DNA of 10,796 nucleotides from the NCBI GenBank assembly GCA_043800755.1, contig JAZDMQ010000121.1, positions 1-10,796 on the forward strand, given 5' to 3'. A program made the position numbers and the translations under genes. Numbering within the stretch: position 1 is the first letter of the stretch; each line of letters starts with the position of its first letter. Below are positions 1 to 6,615 of the stretch, in pieces. The notes under the pieces were generated by a model. The model did not search any database. It was not told where the DNA came from and saw nothing but the letters and a program-made list of their open reading frames with translations. The stretch comes from a bacterium (lineage in GTDB: Bacteria; Methylomirabilota; Methylomirabilia; CAVQYV01).

Positions 1-35
1 CCCACGACGAGGGGCTCCGAACTCTTCACACTCAA
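1..35 (-). CDS. Probable 5' end of a downstream gene (TTG start, MSVKSSEPLVV...), running off the window; product unknown
   Basis: On the minus strand, AAGGAGG (47-41) lies 5 nt before TTG (35-33), 27 nt after the hisF stop. The frame is open to the window edge. Too short to identify. Confidence 0.4.
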   Translation of the reverse strand, partial: MSVKSSEPLVV

Positions 36-62
36 GCGGTCCTCCTTCCCTTTCATCTCGGG

Positions 63-833
63 TTACAGCTTGACCGCAATCCCCTTGTTTCTGAGATACT
101 CCTTGGCCTCCCGGATCGTGTGTTTCCCAAAGTGGAAGACCGAGGCCACCAGCACGGCATCGGCCTTGCCCTCCACGATCGCCTCATAGAGATGCTCCAG
201 GCTCCCTGCACCCCCGGAGGCGATGACCGGGATCTTCACCGCCTCGGCAATCGCCCGATTCATCACCAAATCGTACCCCGCCTGGGTCCCGTCGGTATCC
301 ATGCTGGTGGGCAGGATCTGGCCGGCGCCCAGACCCTCCACCTCTTTGGCCCAGGCCACTGCATCCTTTCCGGTCTTGACCGTTCCGCCGCTCACCGTCA
401 CCTCGAAACCCGAGGGAAGGCCAGGGTTGGCCGCAGTGTCGATGGCCACCACGATCCTATCGCTCCCGAAGCGCTTGGCCGCCTCCTCCACCAGCCTGGG
501 ATTCTTCACTGCCGCAGTGTTGATCGAAACGGCCGAGACCCCTGCCTCCAGGAGGGCGTCAATGTCCTTGATCTCTCCGATCCCGCCTCCCACGGTGAAG
601 GGAACCGTGACGCGCTGGACCGCCCTCTTCACCACCCCCATAAAGGTCTTCCGTCCCTCGATGGTGGCGGTGATGTCCAGGAGGACGATCTCGTCCGCCC
701 CGGCCCGGCTATAAGCCTCGCCAATCTCCGCCGGATCCCCCACATCCTTGAGATTGACGAAGTTGACTCCCTTCACCAGCCTTCCCTCCTTGGTATCCAA
801 GCAGGGGATGATCCTGCGATACGCATATTTCAT
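63..833 (-). CDS. hisF: Imidazole glycerol phosphate synthase cyclase subunit HisF (atypical paralog, see findings)
   Basis: Motifs RRIIPCLD, GRLVKGVNF, GDP, VPFTVGGGI, SINTAA, VVAID, TSMDTDGT..GYD, PVIASGGAG, ASVFHF. Start set at ATG 833 (MKYAYRR), preceded by a GGGAGGGAGG RBS at 850-841, rather than the track's 878. Confidence 0.95.
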   Translation of the reverse strand: MKYAYRRIIPCLDTKEGRLVKGVNFVNLKDVGDPAEIGEAYSRAGADEIVLLDITATIEGRKTFMGVVKRAVQRVTVPFTVGGGIGEIKDIDALLEAGVSAVSINTAAVKNPRLVEEAAKRFGSDRIVVAIDTAANPGLPSGFEVTVSGGTVKTGKDAVAWAKEVEGLGAGQILPTSMDTDGTQAGYDLVMNRAIAEAVKIPVIASGGAGSLEHLYEAIVEGKADAVLVASVFHFGKHTIREAKEYLRNKGIAVKL

Positions 834-867
834 GGACCTTCCTCCCTCCCTCAGAATTGAGCCCGCA

Positions 868-2034
868 TCAGGCCTCACCCTCCACCATTAGGATCTCCTC
901 TGCCACCCAGGCATTGTTGGGAGGACAGCCCTTGACGAAATGGCTGCCCCGTTGTTCCTTGGGCACGCAGGCCCCGACGGTAACGACCCGCTCGGCCGAG
1001 ATGCCGGCCGGGGCCTCAACCCCTGGCCCGGTGATGATCATCAGGTCCCGTAGATATCCCAGCTGATTCGCCTTCCTCATATCGAAGAGGGCGGAGAGCA
1101 CCGTATTGCGGCAGCCGGTGCAGGATCCCTCGGCATGTAACACCTGCAGACCCTCCACCTCCACCCGCCGATCCTCGGAGGATCTCATGAAGCGCCTCTG
1201 CAGCCCTTCCCAGGGCTCTCCCCGTATTTCGATCTGCCCGAGGTCGAGATGGCCCAGTCCCCTCTCCGCCCCGTGCCGGGTGATCAGCACCTCCTCCGGG
1301 GCAAAGCCCATGACCCTTCCCGCCATGGCGTCCACCGCCACCAGATCACGGCTGGCCAGGATCAGGTTTATCTCCAGCGTGCGGCCATGCACTGGCCCCA
1401 ATCCCTCCTGGCAAAAGGTCCCATCCACCACCGCCAGTGCCGGACGGAAGGCCTCATAGAGGTCCAGCACGCCCTGCAGGACCCCCTCCTGGTGCAGCCT
1501 CCGCTTGTCCAGATCGTCAATGAGCCCCTTCAGGTTTTTGAGGGACAGGGTGATCTCGGTCTGATCGTGGGTCTTCATCACCGGGACCGAGATGATGGCC
1601 CTCGCCTCCTCCACCAGGTCGAAGGTAGTCACCTCTTTCAACACCAGACCCCCGGGGAGGGCCCGCTTGACCCGGGGCCGGGCCTTCAGGTCCACCACCT
1701 CGTAGCCCTTTTCCCTCAGCTTGTCGTATCCGGTCGCCGCGATGACCTCTTCGGTCTCCACCCCCACCGCGGCCGAATCCGCGATGACCGGCTTTCCCCC
1801 TGCCTCTCGCACTAGGTCCGCAACCGCCTTGCAGACCTCCCAGCGGGTCACCGCCCCATTCAATCGATGGGGAGGCACCACCACCAGGTTGGGCTTGATC
1901 AGGACCAGGTCCCTGGAGGAGAAGAGCCCCTCCAGGCCCCCGCTCAGGGAGATTGCCTCCCGGATTCCCTGCTCGATCTCCTTATATCCATGCCCCTTGG
2001 TCTTTACGATGGAAACCAGGCTCTTATGCCCCAT
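868..2034 (-). CDS. DUF362-domain protein with a C-terminal Cys-rich, probably Fe-S-binding, extension
   Basis: DUF362-type motifs VLIKPNLV, ISVPVMKTH..ITLSLKNLKG, VVDG..CQEGLGP..G, ILASRDLVAVD. C-terminal CTGC, GAC and GCPP motifs. Start lies 3 nt after the upstream stop. Confidence 0.85.
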   Translation of the reverse strand: MGHKSLVSIVKTKGHGYKEIEQGIREAISLSGGLEGLFSSRDLVLIKPNLVVVPPHRLNGAVTRWEVCKAVADLVREAGGKPVIADSAAVGVETEEVIAATGYDKLREKGYEVVDLKARPRVKRALPGGLVLKEVTTFDLVEEARAIISVPVMKTHDQTEITLSLKNLKGLIDDLDKRRLHQEGVLQGVLDLYEAFRPALAVVDGTFCQEGLGPVHGRTLEINLILASRDLVAVDAMAGRVMGFAPEEVLITRHGAERGLGHLDLGQIEIRGEPWEGLQRRFMRSSEDRRVEVEGLQVLHAEGSCTGCRNTVLSALFDMRKANQLGYLRDLMIITGPGVEAPAGISAERVVTVGACVPKEQRGSHFVKGCPPNNAWVAEEILMVEGEA

Positions 2035-2037
2035 TGG

Positions 2038-2490
2038 TCACATCTCCTGAAGGACCTCTTCTTCCAACATCCGTTCCAGCCGGAATTTGTGTCTTCGCTC
2101 CTCCGCTGCCAGGCATTCCGACAGGGCCCTGGCCTCGGCCTGCTCCAGGCCCTTGGCCAATTGCTCATAAAAGGCGAAGGCCATCTCCTCCTCCCGGATC
2201 GCCAGCCTCACCGCCTCCTCTGGGGTCAAGTCCTGGTCGAACTTGACATCGCGCTGTTGCCCGGCCACGCCTAGGTCAGGCAAGGAGGCGAGAGGACACC
2301 CTTTGACCTTGCCACCCCGCCATCCCTCCAGGATCTCCTTATGCCTTTTCTCTTCCTCGACCAGTTCCGCCAGCATCTGCTGGCTCCCCGGATGGCTCAC
2401 CCGCTTTGCCAGCGCCTGGTAATTGGAGCTGGCCTCCTGCTCCTTGGCGATGGCTCGATTCAGGATCTGCTCCCAGGTCATCTCCTCCAT
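2038..2490 (-). CDS. Ferritin-like / rubrerythrin-family di-iron protein (no rubredoxin domain)
   Basis: Two repeats of AI..E..A..FY/NY..LA...L..EExxH (EEKRH and EERRH). AGGAGG RBS at about 2500-2495. Confidence 0.85.
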   Translation of the reverse strand: MEEMTWEQILNRAIAKEQEASSNYQALAKRVSHPGSQQMLAELVEEEKRHKEILEGWRGGKVKGCPLASLPDLGVAGQQRDVKFDQDLTPEEAVRLAIREEEMAFAFYEQLAKGLEQAEARALSECLAAEERRHKFRLERMLEEEVLQEM

Positions 2491-2567
2491 ATTCCCTCCT
2501 TCACTTTCACACTCATCCGGACCAGAAGCGGCATTCCCCGCTCCGCCTCATTCGCACAGTGCGCCCC

Positions 2568-2597
2568 ATGTTAACCCAGTGGGATGGAGCAGGTCAA
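2568..2597 (-). promoter_or_regulatory. Candidate sigma70 promoter for the ferritin-like/DUF362/hisF operon
   Basis: Minus strand TTGACC (2597-2592), 18-nt spacer, TAACAT (2573-2568), about 75 nt upstream of the ATG at 2490. Confidence 0.5.
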
Positions 2598-2604
2598 GCC
2601 ATAT

Positions 2605-2626
2605 CCAGCCAGAACCAGCCAGAACC
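2605..2626. repeat. Tandem 10-bp direct repeat (CCAGCCAGAA x2 + CC) between divergent promoters
   Basis: CCAGCCAGAA at 2605-2614 and 2615-2624. Confidence 0.6.
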
Positions 2627-2653
2627 CGAAGAATGGCGGTCCAGAAATGGGCC

Positions 2654-2683
2654 TTGACGGAGGGGGCACCATTTGGTTAGTAT
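2654..2683 (+). promoter_or_regulatory. Candidate sigma70 promoter for the BCAM0308-like gene and gltX
   Basis: TTGACG (2654-2659), 18-nt spacer, TAGTAT (2678-2683), 45 nt upstream of ATG 2729. Confidence 0.5.
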
Positions 2684-2728
2684 GAAATACAGCGGAAGGG
2701 CAATGGGCAATCCGCGAAGGAGGGAGAT

Positions 2729-3235
2729 ATGGGTGGAGAGAAAGGAAGCTATTTTCGCCGCGACCAGGCGATCTCTGGTACCGATATCTACAGCTACAAC
2801 ATTCATTTTCCTGAGCCTTCGATCTGCCAGAGGTGCCAGGCCGTCTGGAAAAAGGGCAAGTGGTCCCTGGACGAGGCCCTGCGCGCCGAAGTAAAGAGAT
2901 GGGAACAGCCCAAATCGGTGCTCTGCCAGGCCTGCCGCCGCATCGCGGATGATTACCCGGCAGGGATCGTCACCCTGAAGGGGGCTTATCTGCAAATCCA
3001 CAAAGAGCAGATCTTACAGACCATCCACAATGAGGAGGCGAACTCCAAGCGGAAAAACCCGCTGGAGCGCATCATAAAGATGGAGGAAGCGAAGGGAACC
3101 CTGACCATCACTACCACCGATTCCAAATTGGCGAGGAGGATCGGCAAGGCGGTGAGCGAGTCCAACGGAGGTCAATTGGAGATCAAGTTCTCGCATGGGG
3201 ATGAATTAGTGAGGGTCTATTGGGAGAGGAATTAG
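2729..3235 (+). CDS. BCAM0308-family-like protein with two CxxC zinc knuckles
   Basis: EPSICQRCQAVW..GKW, CQACRRIADDYPAGIVTLKG, NPLERII, ITTTDSKLARRIGKAV, VRVYWER match my recollection of this family. AGGGAG RBS at 2721-2726. Confidence 0.75.
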   Translation: MGGEKGSYFRRDQAISGTDIYSYNIHFPEPSICQRCQAVWKKGKWSLDEALRAEVKRWEQPKSVLCQACRRIADDYPAGIVTLKGAYLQIHKEQILQTIHNEEANSKRKNPLERIIKMEEAKGTLTITTTDSKLARRIGKAVSESNGGQLEIKFSHGDELVRVYWERN

Positions 3236-3240
3236 AAAAG

Positions 3241-4653
3241 ATGGAGACACCGGAGTCAGCCGTGCGGGTCCGCTTCGCCCCCAGTCCCACCGGTGTTCTC
3301 CATGTGGGAGGGGCCAGGACTGCCCTCTACAACTGGCTCTTCGCCCGCCACCACGGGGGCAGCTTCATCCTGCGCATCGAAGACACCGACCTGGAGCGAT
3401 CCACGGAGGAATCGGCCGGGGCGATCCTGGAGGGAATGGAGTGGCTGGGCATGGATTGGGACGAAGGCCCCTATCGCCAAGCGGGGCGGATGCACCTTTA
3501 CGCCGAGCACGCCCAGAGGCTGGTCGATCAGGGCAAGGCCTACTACTGCACCTGCCGCCCCGAGGAGTTGGAGGAGCGGCGCAAGACAGCCCTGGCCGCC
3601 GGCCAATCCCTGAAATACGACGGCCGCTGCCAGGACTCTTGCCACTCCGAGGGCGCCCTCCGCTTCCGGCTGTCCCAGATGGGCACCACGGTGGTGGAGG
3701 ACCTGATCCACGGACCGGTCTCCTTCGACAACTCCAACCTGGATGATTTCATCATCCTGCGGGAGGATGGCCATCCCATTTACAACTTCGCTGCGGTGGT
3801 GGACGATGCAGCCATGGGGATCAGCCATGTCATCCGCGGGGATGACCACCTCTCCAAGACCCCGCGGCAGGTCCTACTCTATCAGGCCTTCGGCTATCCC
3901 TTACCGCGCTTTGCCCATGTCCCCATGATCCTGGGTCCGGATCGGACGCGGCTGAGCAAGCGACACGGGGCCACCTCGGTCACCGCCTATCGGGAGATGG
4001 GCTACCTCTCCCAGGCTCTGGTGAATTACCTGGTTCGTCTGGGTTGGTCTCACGGGGACCAGGAGATTTTCACGGTCGAGGAGATGATCCGCTACTTCTC
4101 TCTGGAAAAAGTAGGCAAGACGCCCGCCATCTTCGATCCCCAGAAATTGGAATGGGTCAATGCACATTACATCAAAACCCAGCCCGCCTCCTATCTGGTG
4201 GGCCAAATGAGGCCCTTCTGGATTCAGGCGGGGATTAGCGAGGAGGAGCTGGGGGCCAGCAAGGAGGGATGGCAGGAGGCGATCATCGACTCCCTGCGGG
4301 AGAGGGCACGGACCCTGGTGGAGATGGCCCAGACTTCCCGCTACTTCTTCCGCGACCCGGAAGGCTATGACGACAAGGCTAAGAAGGCCCTGGCGGCCAT
4401 TGCGCAACCCCACCTGGACGAGCTCGGTTCGCAGCTACAGGGCCTGTCCGATTTCTCTGCCCCGTCCCTGGAGGAACTCTACCGCCAGTTCGCCGAGCAA
4501 AAGGGCCTCAAGCTGTCCCAAATCGCCCAGGCCACTCGGGCTGCCCTCACCGGAACCACGGCAAGTCCTCCCCTTTTCCAGATCATGGAGATCCTGGGGA
4601 GGGAGAAGGTGCTGCGGCGGCTGAGCTTGGCCCGATCTCACATTAGCCCTTGA
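3241..4653 (+). CDS. gltX: Glutamate--tRNA ligase
   Basis: VRFAPSPTG, HIGH motif HVGG, LRIEDTD, zinc motif YCTC..YDGRC, YNFAAVVDD, IRGDDH, KMSKS-equivalent RLSKRHG, C-terminal RAALTG..SP. Start set at ATG 3241, 5 nt after the upstream stop. Confidence 0.97.
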   Translation: METPESAVRVRFAPSPTGVLHVGGARTALYNWLFARHHGGSFILRIEDTDLERSTEESAGAILEGMEWLGMDWDEGPYRQAGRMHLYAEHAQRLVDQGKAYYCTCRPEELEERRKTALAAGQSLKYDGRCQDSCHSEGALRFRLSQMGTTVVEDLIHGPVSFDNSNLDDFIILREDGHPIYNFAAVVDDAAMGISHVIRGDDHLSKTPRQVLLYQAFGYPLPRFAHVPMILGPDRTRLSKRHGATSVTAYREMGYLSQALVNYLVRLGWSHGDQEIFTVEEMIRYFSLEKVGKTPAIFDPQKLEWVNAHYIKTQPASYLVGQMRPFWIQAGISEEELGASKEGWQEAIIDSLRERARTLVEMAQTSRYFFRDPEGYDDKAKKALAAIAQPHLDELGSQLQGLSDFSAPSLEELYRQFAEQKGLKLSQIAQATRAALTGTTASPPLFQIMEILGREKVLRRLSLARSHISP

Positions 4654-4690
4654 TTTCCTCCCCAAATTGTGGCATATTCCCCCCGCCCGT
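4650..4690 (+). promoter_or_regulatory. Sigma70-type promoter for the tRNA pair
   Basis: TTGATT (4650-4655, overlapping the gltX TGA stop), 17-nt spacer, TG-G-CATATT extended -10 (4670-4678), then a GC-rich discriminator-like stretch CCCCCCGCCC typical of stable-RNA promoters. Confidence 0.6.
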
Positions 4691-4764
4691 TGGGGAGTCG
4701 TCTAGTGGTAGGACTGCAGACTCTGGATCTGCCTACCGAGGTTCGAATCCTCGCTCCCCAGCCA
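4691..4764 (+). tRNA. tRNA-Gln (anticodon CTG)
   Basis: Acceptor stem TGGGGAG/CTCCCCA, anticodon arm GCAGA-CT[CTG]GA-TCTGC, T arm CGAGG-TTCGAAT-CCTCG, encoded CCA. Confidence 0.97.
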
Positions 4765-4768
4765 AGCT

Positions 4769-4844
4769 GGCCCCATCGTCTAGTGGCCTAGGACGCGGCC
4801 CTCTCAAGGCCGAAACGCGGGTTCGATTCCCGCTGGGGCCACCA
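4769..4844 (+). tRNA. tRNA-Glu (anticodon CTC)
   Basis: Acceptor stem GGCCCCA/TGGGGCC, anticodon arm CGGCC-CT[CTC]AA-GGCCG, T arm GCGGG-TTCGATT-CCCGC, encoded CCA. Confidence 0.97.
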
Positions 4845-4935
4845 ATCCAATCGCGCCACTCCTCATCCCTGCTTCTCCCTCTCCTTGACCCCAGCAAGAA
4901 TTAATTTCCCCGCGTCCAGCAATCCAGCTGCCATT

Positions 4936-6615
4936 TCAACCTGAAATTACAATTAGTTGCGTGGAAATGTCAAAATTAAAGACCTGACCCCATGACCCCG
5001 CCACGGCGCGGATGCGCTCCGGGTTTTTCACCAGCACGGCCATCTTGGCGGCGCGTTTGGCGAGGTCGTCGCGGTCCTGTTCGCTCAGGTCGCCGGTGAT
5101 CCGCTGGAACGCCTCGTCGATTGCCGCCTTGTCAATTTGGAGCCGCACTTCCGGTGCCTCGAAATGCAGCGGCAGCGTCGCCTTGTCCCGTATGGACTCC
5201 TGAAACGAATACCGGCTCATATAGCCCTTCTCGTCCTCGTCGGCGCCGAAGGGCCAGAAGGTGTTCCGGTCGGCGTGGTTGATGGGCGTGCCGGTGAGGC
5301 CAAAGAGGAACGCATTCGGCAATGCGTCGCGCATCTTGCGGCCGAGGTCGCCTTCCTGCGTGCGGTGCGCCTCGTCCACCATCACGATGATGTTGGAGCG
5401 CTCGTTTAACTTGTCGCCTGCCTCGGCGAACTTGTGAATCGTGGTGATGAGCACCTTGCGTACGTCCTGCGCGAGTAAGGTCTGCAGTTCCTGCCGCGTG
5501 GCGCACCCGACCATGTTGGGCACGTCGGCGGCGTTGAAGGTGGCGGTGATCTGGGTGTCGAGGTCGATGCGGTCCACGACGATGATGACCGTGGGATTGC
5601 CCAGCCTCGGATGCAGCCGGAGCTTCTGGGCGGCGAAGACCATGAGCAGCGACTTGCCGCTGCCCTGGAAATGCCAGATGAGGCCCTTCTTGGGGTAGCC
5701 GGCCACGACGCGCGCCACGATCTTGTTCGCCGTCTCATATTGCTGGTAGCGGCAGATGATCTTGATGCGCCGGTGCTTCTTATCCGTGGCGAAAAGGGTG
5801 AAGTTTTGCAGGATATCGAGCACCACCTCGGGCCGCAGCATGCTCTGCACGCTGGCCTGCACATGATGTAACTGGCCTTCGGCTTGGTTCTCCTCGTCAC
5901 GCCAGGGACCCCATATCTCGATGGGCATCTTGATGGAGCCGTAGCGGAAGAGCTTTCCCTCGGTGGCGAAGGAGAAGATGTTCGCCACGAACATGGCCGG
6001 GGCTTCCTTCTCATAGATCTGATTGATTTGAAAGGCGCCGTCGAACCACGTCACCGCGCGGCGCGTGGGCGTCTTCGCCTCGCCGATGACCAGCGGCAGA
6101 CCGTTGACGAGGAAGACCACGTCGAACCGCTTCTCTACCGGGCCGGCTTGGTAAATCCATTGGTTGGTCACGGTGAGCCGATTCTTCCCCGGCTGGGCGG
6201 CGTCCACGAGGCGGATGGGGACGTACTCGCCGCTCGGGCCGAAGGGCATGGTCTTCTCGCCGCGTAGCCAGGCCATAAAGTTCTCGTTGGCCCGGACCAG
6301 GCCGTCCGCCTGTACGGAGAGAATGCAGGCGCGTAGGTTGTAGATGACCTCGTCGGCGCGGTCGGGCTGGGCGGCGATCTCGGGGTTGAGACGCATGAGT
6401 GCCTCGCGTACCCACGGCTCGACCATCACGTCGCCAGGCTGACGCGGGAGCTGGGTGGCGGGGACATACATCCAGCGCGCTGGTCGAAACTCACCTCCGA
6501 GCGACAATCCCCAGCCGGGCCGGGTTTCGTGCAAGGCCAGCGGCTCGCCACCGCTGCCGGTTGTTACGGCATTGAGAATCATCTGCTCGACGGTGTTAGA
6601 TTCGGTGAACGTCAT
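4936..6615 (-). pseudogene. hsdR: Type I restriction enzyme R subunit, truncated at the 3' end (homologous part about 6615-5000; last ~20 aa are read-through into unrelated DNA)
   Basis: Nuclease motif RFDVVFLVNGLPLVIGEAK plus QxxxxY, Walker A HFQGSGKS, VVDRIDLDTQ, DEAH (VDEAHR), motif III GLTGTP, DKATLPL. It stops after PERIRAVA, so the second RecA-like domain (motifs IV-VI) and the C-terminus are missing. 559 aa versus roughly 1000 aa typical. Confidence 0.9.
4978..4999 (+). repeat. Left junction motif AAAGACC-TGACCCC-A-TGACCCC at the hsdR breakpoint
   Basis: TGACCCC at 4985-4991 and 4993-4999. HsdR-like sequence ends immediately to the right (about 5000). Confidence 0.7.

Noticed and set aside
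2594-3001. 135-aa minus-strand ORF, and similar long antisense ORFs (120-860, 1249-1815, 3256-3849, 7563-8252)
   Set aside because: These are shadow ORFs opposite well-supported genes in GC-rich DNA, with no recognisable motifs.
4650-4904. 84-aa ORF on the + strand
   Set aside because: It is a chance translation across the two tRNA genes.
4900-4999. Frameshifted continuation of hsdR
   Set aside because: Only about 155 bp separate the breakpoint from tRNA-Glu, far too little for the missing several hundred residues, and no helicase motifs are visible there.
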